Shown here: positions 39,276-49,221 of the stretch, piece after piece
Numbering within the stretch: position 1 is the stretch's first letter
Layout of the letters: every line of letters starts with the position of its first letter
Source: Sedimentisphaerales bacterium
Lineage (GTDB): Bacteria; Planctomycetota; Phycisphaerae; Sedimentisphaerales; SM23-30
Length of the DNA stretch: 64,000 bases
NCBI GenBank assembly: GCA_963663965.2
Contig: CAXXFK010000015.1
Coordinates: 128,001 to 192,000, forward strand
Reading direction: 5' to 3'
The notes under the pieces: generated by a model
The model's input: only the letters and a program-made list of their open reading frames with translations
Database searches by the model: none
What the model was told of the DNA's origin: nothing
Translations under genes and position numbers: made by a program

Positions 39276-40740
39276 GTAACCGTTCACACATTCTGACAGA
39301 TTAACGATGGATATTTTATGTTGCTCCAATGAGCAATAATCGATTCATGGATAAAATCAAGGACATTCTGACGCTGTTTTTTGCAGGTTGCTATTGTTGT
39401 CCAGATGCGTTCGCACCAGCGCATGCCTGCCTGGCCGCGCGTTCCTTGCGTGATCCGTCGGTCAATCACCACGGTGCGAATTTGGCGCTCCGTGCCATTA
39501 TTGGTGGGTTCGACAGCCGGCTCCGTCAAAAATCGGAAGTAATCGGTTGCAGCATTGCCCTTAAATCGTTTGGCCAGTTTCTGGGCCAGTTTGTGATTCG
39601 GCGGCCTTCGCATTTGCTTCAAAAAGCCGGTTTTGAGGCGCGCCATCGAACGCAACCAGCCCGGTGGCGTCAAGGCGTCCCGCCGATGCAGGGTGTCAAA
39701 CAGTTTTTTGAGCCATGCCAGCAATTTTGTTCCCCAGCGAGACAGTGCGGGCACGCGATGCTCGGCCAGAAAACGAACGTCTCGAATCAAGTGAGCCATG
39801 CAATACTGAACACGAACACCAAACAACCGGGCATACTTGCGATAGGCGCCCCAGTAATCGGCCCCAATGATCCCGGCAAAGGTTTTACCAAGCATGGTTT
39901 CCAGCACGCCGCTGCCGCGCGACGGATCAATCTTAAACAAACTGTAGGCGCCGGTATCAAAACACCAGGTCCAGTGCAGCTTGCCATTGTCATGATGGCC
40001 TGTCTCATCGATATTGACCTGCGGTTCGTTCGGCAATCGGTCGGCCAGTTCATCATACGATCGGCCCAAGGCGCTCGATCCCTTCTGAACCGCCTTGCCA
40101 AGCATGCCGCGAGAAACCTCCAGCTTCATCACCTGCTGGAAAAAACCCTGAATGGTGCTATACGACATATGGCAGGCGCCTTTCAAATAGGACACCAACG
40201 CCGTCAGGTCCGCACCCAGCAATCCCCCTTTACGAATCTCGTTCGGCAAGGGGGTGATCTGGACCTTTCCTGTCACAGGGTTTCGGTACTTTCTGGCTCG
40301 ATGCTCAATCACCTGGTACATTTTCTCCGGCAATCCGATTTGTTGAATGACAAACCAGGCATCCAGAGGCTTAAGGCCCACGGCGTCTTTGTCTGCCAAC
40401 TCGTATTCAAATGTGTGGTCAACTTCTTCAAACGGTTGACGCGAAAACTTTTTATGCCCATGCTGGCCACCCCGGTTGCGTTTTTTGCGACTAGCCTTAG
40501 CGGAAGGCCTCTTGGGTTTGACAATATCACTTGAGGGCGGCTTGGACGAATTGCTCGAATCTTTCTTGAGCCGAGCAATTTCTTCTTTGAGCTGCCTTAC
40601 TTCTTCGCGTAAGGAAGCGACCTCTTGGAGCAGCTGCGCTATAACAATATCTTTGTCATCCATAACTTATGGTATAACAGATGGTTGTGCAGGGCGCAAT
40701 CTTTTTTCTTGTTATTTTTAAAAAAAGTGTGAATTGTTAC
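39276..40740 (-). mobile_element. IS66-family (single-ORF, ISBst12-like) insertion sequence, 1465 bp
   Basis: Terminal IRs GTAACCGTTCACAC / revcomp GTAACAATTCACAC; perfect 8-bp target duplication AAATACTT at 39268-39275 and 40741-40748. Confidence 0.95.
39284..40663 (-). CDS. tnpC: IS66 family transposase
   Basis: SSNSSKPPSSD, GGQHGH, IDETG, QYCMAHLIRD, PTNNGTERQIR. Confidence 0.93.
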   Translation of the reverse strand: MDDKDIVIAQLLQEVASLREEVRQLKEEIARLKKDSSNSSKPPSSDIVKPKRPSAKASRKKRNRGGQHGHKKFSRQPFEEVDHTFEYELADKDAVGLKPLDAWFVIQQIGLPEKMYQVIEHRARKYRNPVTGKVQITPLPNEIRKGGLLGADLTALVSYLKGACHMSYSTIQGFFQQVMKLEVSRGMLGKAVQKGSSALGRSYDELADRLPNEPQVNIDETGHHDNGKLHWTWCFDTGAYSLFKIDPSRGSGVLETMLGKTFAGIIGADYWGAYRKYARLFGVRVQYCMAHLIRDVRFLAEHRVPALSRWGTKLLAWLKKLFDTLHRRDALTPPGWLRSMARLKTGFLKQMRRPPNHKLAQKLAKRFKGNAATDYFRFLTEPAVEPTNNGTERQIRTVVIDRRITQGTRGQAGMRWCERIWTTIATCKKQRQNVLDFIHESIIAHWSNIKYPSLICQNV

Positions 40741-40784
40741 AAATACTTTAAGATCTGAAACGATCTTCTGGAGAGACACTACGC

Positions 40785-42428
40785 TTGGATATTCTGAAAT
40801 TATTCTGCCTGCTTGCTTGTATCCTGACTGTTCCGGTAAATCAGTCAATGGCTGACAACCCTGCTTCTTATTTAACCGCCGTCAGCCCGGATCGGATTAT
40901 TGGAAAAATGAGCATTGACGAGAACATCTACGGATCTTCGATCGTAATCGCAGGCCAACCCTTTGAACGCGGGATATCGGTCCAGGCTGACAGCGAAATC
41001 ATTTACCCGTTAACCTCATCCTGGCATCGTTTGGAAGCCTGGGCAGGACTCGACATGCAATCCGCCAATCCCGGTCAGGCGCAATTTCAAATCTATGCCG
41101 ATGACCAATTGGTACTGGATAGCGGCAATGTCAGCTTTTATCCCTGGCAACCCGGCTCCAGTAATCCTAATCGCCCTTTTCGAGTTTCTGTGCCCTTGAA
41201 TGGCTGTCGTCAGTTGCGGTTAATTGTAAAAAACACCGGATCTCCTGCGGATAACGTATGCGCCAACTGGGCGAACCCCCGTCTGGTTACCCGCTCGGAA
41301 CCGGAATTTCGCCAACCGGTTCTCCTGAATAATCCGCCATTACCTCCGATGGGTTGGAATAGTTGGAATTGTTTTGGGACCGACATCGATGAAATAAAAA
41401 TCAAAGCGATCATCGATACCATTATTGATAGTGGTCTCTTTCAGGCTGGATATCGTTTTATCAACCTGGATGATGGCTGGCAGGCTCCTGAATATCATGA
41501 CGATCAGGGACGCCCTTTGTGTCATCCCATTCGTTTCCCCAATGGTATCAAGTCTCTGGCGGATTACGCGCACACCCATGATATGAAACTGGGAATCTAT
41601 ACCAGGCCCGCCTGGATCAGGAACCATTATCAACCAACCGCCAAAACCTTCGCCGAATGGGGAATTGATTATATCAAATTTGACTTCAGCGATGAAGAAA
41701 GCAATCGCCAGATGATTCAGGCCACCCGTTCAGCCGGACGCCCGGTCCTGTTTGCGGCCTGCGAATGGGGGGCAAACCTGCCCTGGCGCTGGGCTCCCGG
41801 GTTTGGCGCCGAATTATGGCGTACCAGCTACGATGTCGTCGATGCCTGGCACAACCAACGCGATAATAACCGCGGCATAGGTATCCTGGATGCCGCCCGG
41901 CAATGTGAATATGTGGCGTCGATTTGCGCCGGCCGGGGGATATGCGATCCCGATATGTTGATCGTCGGCTTAAACGGAAAATCTCATCATGGCGGTGGAT
42001 GCACTCTGGAAGAATATCGATCCCAGTTTACCCTCTGGTCATTGCTGGGGGCTCCTTTACTACTCGGCAACGATATCCGCAATCTAAGTCCGGAAATTAA
42101 AGCGATCCTGACCAGCCAGGAATGCATTGCCGTCGATCAGGATCGTCTCTCAGTGCCTGCCTGGCGGGTTTGCATCATGCCGTCTTTTGAAATCTGGAAA
42201 AAACCACTCACTGGCGGCGGCTGGGCCATCGGAATATTAAATCTTGATAATAAGCCCCAATCGATAACGATCGACTGGATAAAACTCCATATTACACAGC
42301 CATACACCATTAAAGACATCTGGAATGCCCGGGAACTCCCAAATACCAGTCAACCGCTAATCGTCCATCTGGTCCCCCACCAGACCGCCCTGCTTGAACT
42401 ACGACCAGCCACCGATTCTTCCCATTAA
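40785..42428 (+). CDS. NPCBM + GH27 alpha-galactosidase family protein
   Basis: [43 protein letters not shown]. Confidence 0.9.
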   Translation: MDILKLFCLLACILTVPVNQSMADNPASYLTAVSPDRIIGKMSIDENIYGSSIVIAGQPFERGISVQADSEIIYPLTSSWHRLEAWAGLDMQSANPGQAQFQIYADDQLVLDSGNVSFYPWQPGSSNPNRPFRVSVPLNGCRQLRLIVKNTGSPADNVCANWANPRLVTRSEPEFRQPVLLNNPPLPPMGWNSWNCFGTDIDEIKIKAIIDTIIDSGLFQAGYRFINLDDGWQAPEYHDDQGRPLCHPIRFPNGIKSLADYAHTHDMKLGIYTRPAWIRNHYQPTAKTFAEWGIDYIKFDFSDEESNRQMIQATRSAGRPVLFAACEWGANLPWRWAPGFGAELWRTSYDVVDAWHNQRDNNRGIGILDAARQCEYVASICAGRGICDPDMLIVGLNGKSHHGGGCTLEEYRSQFTLWSLLGAPLLLGNDIRNLSPEIKAILTSQECIAVDQDRLSVPAWRVCIMPSFEIWKKPLTGGGWAIGILNLDNKPQSITIDWIKLHITQPYTIKDIWNARELPNTSQPLIVHLVPHQTALLELRPATDSSH

Positions 42429-42447
42429 CCATAGAAAGGGATTCCAC

Positions 42448-43233
42448 ATGAATATGATTAATAAAAACAGACGGGGGTTTACTCTGATTGAATTACTTGT
42501 TGTTATTTCGATTATCGCTTTATTGATCGCGATATTAATGCCCGCGCTGGGTAAAGCCCGGGAACAAGCCAGGCTGATTACCTGTGTCACCAATGTCAGA
42601 TCGCTTTCCCAGGCCTATGACTTGTATCTGAGTAATTATGATGGCAAATTATTGCCTTACTACGAGGGGGGGGATTTCGCCCGGAAAATCCAGAATTTAT
42701 GGTTGTTGCAATTGCAGAAAATCCAGAAGGATGTCAGTGACAATCGCTTTTGTCCCATGGCAGCCAGGGCGAACCTCACTGTAGATCCTGTCGCAAAATC
42801 TCAATACTACCCGAAACACAAAAAAGAACCCTGGCACTGGCATGGTCTGAATACCGAATATGTCGCCGACGGCAGCTATGGCATGAATGGCTGGATTTAT
42901 GGCCCGAAATACAACGAATCCGATTTGCCGGATCATTACAAAAACAGTTCGGAAATCAAGCCGGCCGCCAATGTGCCGCGTTTTTTTGACTGTATCTGGG
43001 TTGACACCTGGCCTTCGGACAACAATAGCGTCAACAACCTGACATCCGATCCGGGCTTACTGGAAACCGGAAGCTGGGATAGTATGATGGGACGTATCTG
43101 GATTAACCGTCACGCCAAAAAACTCGCCATGTCTTTTTGGGATGGTCACGCCGAAGCGATTCCATTAAACACACTCTGGTCACTGGACTGGCACAAACGG
43201 TTTTACAAACAGCTTGATATTACGCTACCCTGA
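42448..43233 (+). CDS. Prepilin-type N-terminal cleavage/methylation protein with H-X9-DG motif (DUF1559-like)
   Basis: [61 protein letters not shown]. Confidence 0.92.
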   Translation: MNMINKNRRGFTLIELLVVISIIALLIAILMPALGKAREQARLITCVTNVRSLSQAYDLYLSNYDGKLLPYYEGGDFARKIQNLWLLQLQKIQKDVSDNRFCPMAARANLTVDPVAKSQYYPKHKKEPWHWHGLNTEYVADGSYGMNGWIYGPKYNESDLPDHYKNSSEIKPAANVPRFFDCIWVDTWPSDNNSVNNLTSDPGLLETGSWDSMMGRIWINRHAKKLAMSFWDGHAEAIPLNTLWSLDWHKRFYKQLDITLP

Positions 43234-43683
43234 TTAGTTTAATATATCAGTTCTGGGGATATCCTATACAATAATATTTTACCGTTGCGCTAGGAGATAA
43301 CCAGTTAACGAGTAATATGTTATCTTTCGAGCGATCAGGAATTTTCTTACCCATTGGGTAAAGAAATGTCCGATCGCTCGTAAGCTAAGTTCCTACTTGT
43401 AAGAGACTTATTTCACAACCCGGCGGGCATTATCGTTTGTCAATAGTATATCTCTTTAATCCGATCCTTTAAAAGTAACCACCGTCAACTCAGCGGTTCT
43501 CCAGCTTTTATTGTCCAGAACCTCATGCAGTTCGCCCGGTTTCAGTTCCGGCGTATTATCCGTTCGTTCTACAACTTCAATTGCCTTGGCCCCCTTGTCG
43601 GTAGACTGTATCCGTTCGGTGAAGTACCCGTTGTAAGGTTGGTGGAGGGGTATTATAATTGTTTGGGGTGAGTTTCGACCGTT

Positions 43684-45255
43684 TTAGTCTGGGGTAGCGG
43701 ACCATTTATCCGGCAGCAGTTCACTCAGTCGGCTGACTGGGATATCGCTGATCCGGTCGAGGACATTCTTGAGATACACCTGTGGATTCAGGTCGTTGCG
43801 TTTGGCGCTCTGGATGATCGACATCAGAATCGCCGCGGCGCGGCCACCCCGGTCGCTGCCCATGAACAGCCAGTTTTTCCGCCCGATAGCGACCGGTTTC
43901 ATCAGTCTTTCCGCTTCATTATTGTCGATGTCAAACTCTCCGTCGGTCGTATAACGACACAACGCCTCCCAGCCGTTTTCCGCATAATTGATTGCCTTGC
44001 GGAACGGGCTTTCCGGCAGGGCCTGCCGGTCGGTAATCCCAGCCAGCCACTGCTTAAAATCAGCCAGGATCTTAACCGACTTCTCCTGCCGCACCGCGTA
44101 CTTTTCCTGCGGACTCTTCTCCTTCAGCTGCTTTTCAATCTGGTACAACGGCTGGATAAAGGCGAGCGCAGTCAGGCTGAGCTGGGGCGCGGTCTTTTCC
44201 GCCTCCCGGAACTTGCGGCGCGCATGGGCCCAGCACAGCAGTTCTTGCACCGACCGCTGGGGGTCGTTAAAAATAAAGTCATACCCGGCATAGGCATCTG
44301 CCTGGATAAAGCCGGAGGTAAAATCCCGCAAAAACTCGGCCGGACCGTGACGGCTCCGGTCCGGGGTAAAATCATAGACATAATACGGATAAGACGGGTC
44401 GCCGGCATAGATCCACAAGCGCGATTGGCTCATGCCTTTGGGGTGGTTTTTATCCTGTTTACTGACCGGGGTGTCATCGGTTTTGATGACTTTTGACTGC
44501 AAAACCCTCGTTTTCATCAAGTCATACAATGGAACCAGCAAGTCCGCCGTATTCATCATCCAGCCGCACAGGGTCGACCGGCTGAGCTCGATGTCATGAC
44601 GATGGAAGATCTGTTCAATGCGATACAACGGCAGGTGGTCGAGGTATTTGCTGACCGCCACATAAGTCAGTAATCCGGAGGCCGCCAGTGATTTTTCTAA
44701 CGGCTGATTCGCCTTGGGAGCCGTCTCGATCCGGCCCTCGCATCGTTTATTCTTGCAGGCATATTTATAACGGATATGCTCATTAATGAATAATCGGGCG
44801 GGAATATACTCCAGTTGCTCCGATTTGTCTTCCCCGATACGCTCCATCGCAATGCCGCAGCAGGAACAGGTCTTCTCCGATTCATCCAGATCATGGATAA
44901 TCTGCCGGCGTTCCATATGCGCCGGAAAGGTATTGCGCCTTTTCGGCTGGTTGCGGGTATAGGAGATGGTCTCTTTTTCAGGAGGGGTCTTTTCCGCTGC
45001 CTGCTCCTGAGCTTTCAGTTCGGCCAGATAATCCTGCATAAACGGAAGAAGTTGTTTGGGATCAATCTCTTCCAGCCGTTCCGATTTGCGGCCGAACCGC
45101 TGTTCCAGCAGTTTTTGGATGCCATGTTCCAGTCGGGTCACTTTCCGCTCATACTTCTCGATCGTTTCAAAAAGCGTGCGAATCAGTTCATGGCAAAGAC
45201 CGATGTCTTCGGGGAGTTCCACTGGAGAGGTGTTGTTTGCTTCCTTGCTTATCAC
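43684..45255 (-). CDS. tnpC: IS66 transposase TnpC
   Basis: FGRKSE, zinc finger, KYLDHLPLYR, DDTP, DAYAGY, CWAHARRKF, IDNNEAER..GRKNWLF. Confidence 0.96.
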   Translation of the reverse strand: MISKEANNTSPVELPEDIGLCHELIRTLFETIEKYERKVTRLEHGIQKLLEQRFGRKSERLEEIDPKQLLPFMQDYLAELKAQEQAAEKTPPEKETISYTRNQPKRRNTFPAHMERRQIIHDLDESEKTCSCCGIAMERIGEDKSEQLEYIPARLFINEHIRYKYACKNKRCEGRIETAPKANQPLEKSLAASGLLTYVAVSKYLDHLPLYRIEQIFHRHDIELSRSTLCGWMMNTADLLVPLYDLMKTRVLQSKVIKTDDTPVSKQDKNHPKGMSQSRLWIYAGDPSYPYYVYDFTPDRSRHGPAEFLRDFTSGFIQADAYAGYDFIFNDPQRSVQELLCWAHARRKFREAEKTAPQLSLTALAFIQPLYQIEKQLKEKSPQEKYAVRQEKSVKILADFKQWLAGITDRQALPESPFRKAINYAENGWEALCRYTTDGEFDIDNNEAERLMKPVAIGRKNWLFMGSDRGGRAAAILMSIIQSAKRNDLNPQVYLKNVLDRISDIPVSRLSELLPDKWSATPD

Positions 45256-45294
45256 GAGTCATATCCTAAGCAAAAATGCTTGAAATTGCAAGTG

Positions 45295-45636
45295 TTATTT
45301 TAGCTTAAAACGTGCTTTTAATGCAGTTTTATGCGGTTTTAAGCCTTTCAGCATCATCGCCAGTTGACGATGATCCACGGCATGATCGGCGCCGGTTGGC
45401 GGGATGGAAAAGGTGCCTTTTTCCAGGCGCTTATACCAGATGGCATAGCCATCTTGATCCCAGTATAAACACTTGATCCGATTGCCGCGTTTATTGCAAA
45501 AGATAAAGATGTGGCCGCTGAGCGGATTCTGGCAGAGAACCGACTCCACCAGAACGGCCAGGGCATCGAAACTCTTTCGCATGTCCGTGGGCGCCTGGCA
45601 AAGATAGATCTTGACGGGGGAGGGCAGATGCCACAT
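45295..45636 (-). CDS. tnpB: IS66 accessory protein TnpB (Orf2)
   Basis: PTDMRKSFD, LYWDQDG..KRLEKGTF. Confidence 0.95.
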   Translation of the reverse strand: MWHLPSPVKIYLCQAPTDMRKSFDALAVLVESVLCQNPLSGHIFIFCNKRGNRIKCLYWDQDGYAIWYKRLEKGTFSIPPTGADHAVDHRQLAMMLKGLKPHKTALKARFKLK

Positions 45637-45639
45637 ACG

Positions 45640-45969
45640 CTACCTCCGGCACAAGACGATGACTTTGTCGAGTTGGGCCAGGTCGCACGTTTCCGGCACA
45701 TCGATGGATATCCCCGTGGGCAGATTGATTCTGAGCAGAGAACTCGCACGGGTCCTGACCTCGATAAAGGACGGTGGGCGGGTGGCCGTTTGGGCCGGAA
45801 CGCCAAGATCACCGTCCAGGATCTTTAACTTGCGGGCAAAAGTTGAGATCGCCAGGTGATGCTCCCGGCAGTAATCCGATAGGCTTTGGCCACTGAGTCG
45901 AAATTGATTGATCTCGGCCTGCCAGAATTCCTTGCTGCGAAATAGCCGTCGCTTGCCTGTTCGGCTCAT
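45640..45969 (-). CDS. tnpA: IS66 accessory protein TnpA
   Basis: W....SGQSLSDYCREHHL..STF, FIEV, INLPTGI; AGGAG RBS. Confidence 0.88.
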   Translation of the reverse strand: MSRTGKRRLFRSKEFWQAEINQFRLSGQSLSDYCREHHLAISTFARKLKILDGDLGVPAQTATRPPSFIEVRTRASSLLRINLPTGISIDVPETCDLAQLDKVIVLCRR

Positions 45970-46190
45970 AATAGCTCCTGTCCTGATTAGAATATTGAAT
46001 GTCAAATAACCTGGACAGATTTTATCACACCCCCGCTATCCCGCAACGGGGGGTTCGCCGAACGGATACGGTAGACTTGAACTTACCGGAGTAATTTCTT
46101 GAATCAACCCCCGTTAATAGCAAAGGACGACGCATCGCGATCGCACGCACCAGGAATTCACCATGTGGAGGCCTGATAGCCAGTTGAAAA

Positions 46191-46784
46191 TTATCCCGTG
46201 GATCGGAAATCAGCATTTTCCCACCACCGCGCGTCGGGATAGGTCTCCCGCTGCATAATCGACTGGTTATAATCCACTCCCAGCTGGGTTTTCAGATACA
46301 ACACCATCGTCACCGCCCGGAACTTGCCTTCCGAACCATCGTAAGCCGCCGGCTCCTGCCGAAACCGCGGCAAACGCAACTCCGTCTGACAGCCAACCTC
46401 CGCCGCCCACCGATCCAGGATCGCCAGGCAATTCTCCACCTCCAAATCCTGCGATCCCGGCAGCCCCCCGGCGCACAACAGGTTCATCCGGGCGATATCC
46501 ACCCCCGCCAGTTCTTCCGGCCCCATCGCCAGCAACTCACCCAAAGTCCCCGGCTTTTGCCCACCTTGCGATACAACAGTTTTATTCGTTTTCTCAACCG
46601 GCATCACCTCAGAACCAGCCACCACCCCCAGCGTATCAGCCAGTGCAACCTTGGACCGCCCCTTCGCCTCGCGACCATCAGAATTCACCGCGACAGTCCC
46701 CACAACCCCAATCACACAGCCGGCAAGAAATATCCCTATCGCCTTCACGCCCCATACAGCTTGCTTAGTTATCATTTTTCCCAT
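46191..46784 (-). pseudogene. 3'-truncated near-identical copy of the transglutaminase-like gene at 50132-51151
   Basis: Near-identical DNA to ~50622-51125 up to ...YPDAR, then the sequence switches abruptly and stops; the catalytic Cys/His region is missing. Confidence 0.85.
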
Positions 46785-46789
46785 AGCTC

Positions 46790-47821
46790 TTATTCCGCCG
46801 CCTGCCACACTTTAATATCATATTTCGCAAACAACGGCTCCAGGACCCTTTCATACTCACGGACCTCCCTGGGAATCTGTTCTTCTTTCAGTTTCCATTC
46901 CTCTCGAATATATCCCGTACTGCCAAACCGGGGAATAGGCGGCACCTCCGGCCCCTGGATCAGCTTCTCCGCGCGAGCCAGGTAAAAGCCATTCCCAATC
47001 TCCACCACCATCTTCTTAAACCCATTGCCATGATAAAAGATATACTCCTCATGATAATACGGACCGGACCGGTCCAGATACGGTTCAGGGTTCAAATCCT
47101 CCTTCGTGATCCGCCGGATAACGCTTTCCGGCCGGGCCTGTTGAATCTCATCCTGAATTTTCAGATACGCCGCTATCGGCACCCGGCGACACCCAAATCG
47201 GTAAGGTGAAAATTCCTCTTCATCTTTGGCAAATTGGATACTATAGTGCCAATCCATCTTGATGTCTTGTACTGGATCTTTTACCGCTAACAACTGCCGG
47301 GCATTCTCTTCATTTACCTCCCAGTCAAAATAGATATAATCCCTGAAATTATTTTCTAACAGATAGATGCGAAAAGGTGTCTTTATCCATTCTCTTTCGT
47401 GTGTTTCATTATGAATTCCCCATTCATGATATTGAGAACCATAATATATGTGATCTTTTGAACGTCGTTTCAAAAAATCATATTTATCTAACAAATAATT
47501 TCGATCGATTATATGGTTTTCAGGATAATACTGATTTACATACTCCGTATAATTTATAAATTCTTTATCGCGAATAACACATTGACTAAAATCCTTTTCA
47601 AATGCCTTCCAGATCAAGATCTCTTTGTTTATCTCACCCAGTTTATCCGGATGAATACCTATACAAATTTCATCAGTTTTATCATATTCACTTAAAGTCT
47701 CTTTGATCGCCACGATATCATGGCCACAATAATGACATCCCAGCATAAAAATTACTATCACGGCGTTAATAGGATAATATGCTTTTCTCATAGTATCTCC
47801 GGCAAAATACCTCATAATCAT
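46790..47821 (-). CDS. Exported hypothetical protein, putative partner/immunity of the upstream Tgl-like gene; paralog of 51204-52211
   Basis: Hydrophobic N-terminus ending LGC; shared motifs EILIWK.FE, DYI.FDW, YH.EY.FY..N.F..MV...GNGF...R.E.LIQGP, LF.KY. Confidence 0.7.
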   Translation of the reverse strand: MIMRYFAGDTMRKAYYPINAVIVIFMLGCHYCGHDIVAIKETLSEYDKTDEICIGIHPDKLGEINKEILIWKAFEKDFSQCVIRDKEFINYTEYVNQYYPENHIIDRNYLLDKYDFLKRRSKDHIYYGSQYHEWGIHNETHEREWIKTPFRIYLLENNFRDYIYFDWEVNEENARQLLAVKDPVQDIKMDWHYSIQFAKDEEEFSPYRFGCRRVPIAAYLKIQDEIQQARPESVIRRITKEDLNPEPYLDRSGPYYHEEYIFYHGNGFKKMVVEIGNGFYLARAEKLIQGPEVPPIPRFGSTGYIREEWKLKEEQIPREVREYERVLEPLFAKYDIKVWQAAE

Positions 47822-48879
47822 TTTTTGCTTCTGGCATGAAAGACTTTTTCAGCAATTTGAGCCCAATCCAAAAAATCGTTAAATTCAATCCAGATATGAG
47901 TGTTGCTGCTATAGGCCGAACCAATAGTCTGACTGCCAACCACCTTTTCGAAGGGAACATAATAGTTCCAGTTATCTATCAAACTATGCTGTAATTCCTC
48001 AGCAGAAAGAATTTTTTTTGAAGGAAATCCAAAATACGAATTTTCTCCAACTTTTATTGCATTTTCATGCCGGGCTGATCCTAAACTTTGTGGATATTTA
48101 CTTATTCCAGTTATAACAGTTGGCCCATAGGGACCATTCCAATTATTTATATAGGGACCGTTAGTAAAGCGTATCCAATTCCCAATCACCATACTATCAA
48201 AATTCCTGTCATACTCTATGAACGGCAAAGCCTCTCCCTTGAATGTAACATTGTATTCGGCCGGCTTCAAAGTCCCGATAACGGCATTAGCCATAATAAA
48301 ATAAGCCGCGTCCCAACAATCCGCCTGCAGTCTATTATTCGGATTGCCAAAATATCTTTTAATCATTACATCACTCGCACCGTAACGTTTTTGCACTCCC
48401 AGCGAATTAAAGCTCCCATGAAAACCATAGGCCCCCGCCACCACATTCGAACGAAGCAGGTTTTCATAGTACCTGAAATAATACTCAAGATTATAAATGG
48501 TCCCTTCAGGTACTTCATCCTTGATTTCCAATCCCGGTACCTTTTGTACAATATTTCTGACTTGCGAATAGAATTGCCCCATTTCGCCCGGTAACAGTTT
48601 CCACAATCCGCTCCAGGTATCGCGACACTCAGCTTGCACCAAACCCTTATACGGCTTCGATTCCCAGGGTTTTCCATAAACCTTCCACAAACCCGCCGGA
48701 TCAACCGCTAGCACCGGTTGGCTTCCCACATATTCATACCCGTTCATCCCATCCGTATATTCCACCGGATCCAGGCTCAGCCACCGCCCCTGCTTCGCGT
48801 CATACATCCCATAGCCCGCCTGTCCGGCCAATCCAATCCAGATCATCATAACAGCAAAGATCGCTTTGGGCTTATCCAT
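47818..48879 (-). CDS. Signal peptide + Rhs-core tail + Tgl-like transglutaminase domain
   Basis: SP ending AGYG; YDAKQGRWLSLDPVEYTDGMNGYEYVGSQPVLAVDPAGL; DCWDAA..GNWIRFTN..HENAIKVGENSYFG. Confidence 0.75.
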   Translation of the reverse strand: MDKPKAIFAVMMIWIGLAGQAGYGMYDAKQGRWLSLDPVEYTDGMNGYEYVGSQPVLAVDPAGLWKVYGKPWESKPYKGLVQAECRDTWSGLWKLLPGEMGQFYSQVRNIVQKVPGLEIKDEVPEGTIYNLEYYFRYYENLLRSNVVAGAYGFHGSFNSLGVQKRYGASDVMIKRYFGNPNNRLQADCWDAAYFIMANAVIGTLKPAEYNVTFKGEALPFIEYDRNFDSMVIGNWIRFTNGPYINNWNGPYGPTVITGISKYPQSLGSARHENAIKVGENSYFGFPSKKILSAEELQHSLIDNWNYYVPFEKVVGSQTIGSAYSSNTHIWIEFNDFLDWAQIAEKVFHARSKK

Positions 48880-48975
48880 CTGCTCACCTCTCCGCTTCGG
48901 GCGGATTTATCACCTTTATTCGTTTAGGTGTTTTGTTAAATCGAATAGGTTTGCACAATACTCTAAACTCAAACA

Positions 48976-49221
48976 TCACAATAAACATTCAACATGATTA
49001 AAGAGGATCAAGGCCAGGCATATTCCAATTAAAATAGCGTTAATAATACCTTCTCTTTTCGAATATCTGCCTTTTTTCTGGAATATCAATAATATAATTC
49101 CCATCAGATAAAAACAATCGCCAATCAATTCGAATTTATCTTGCACTATTAATGAAAATACAATCCCTAAAAACAAGAGTATCAAAATTAGGATGGTATT
49201 ATTGCGCCTTTTTAACGACAT
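48976..49221 (-). CDS. Small membrane protein, putative immunity protein
   Basis: Three hydrophobic helices, AT-rich, overlaps the stop of the upstream Rhs-tail gene. Confidence 0.6.
   Translation of the reverse strand: MSLKRRNNTILILILLFLGIVFSLIVQDKFELIGDCFYLMGIILLIFQKKGRYSKREGIINAILIGICLALILFNHVECLL

Larger units (their letters stand above)
43608..46069 (-). mobile_element. Complete three-gene IS66 element, 2462 bp
   Basis: IRs GTATCCGTTCGGTGAA / revcomp GTATCCGTTCGGCGAA; 8-bp TSD GGTAGACT at 43600-43607 and 46070-46077; tnpA-tnpB-tnpC order. Confidence 0.96.
43456..46216 (-). pseudogene. Gene fragment (DUF4384-like C-terminus) split by IS66; coding parts 46216-46070 and 43599-43456
   Basis: Removing the IS and one TSD copy restores an in-frame 96-aa ORF MLISDPRDNFQLAIRPPHGEFLVRAIAMRRPL...KST|DKGAKAIEV...WRTAELTVVTFKGSD*; family call from motif resemblance only. 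Confidence 0.55.

Noticed and set aside
39329..40534. 401-aa plus-strand ORF
   Set aside because: Antisense shadow of the IS66 transposase, no recognisable motifs
43633..43650. GTAAG as the IS66 left end
   Set aside because: The true end at 43608 matches the right IR and gives a perfect 8-bp TSD
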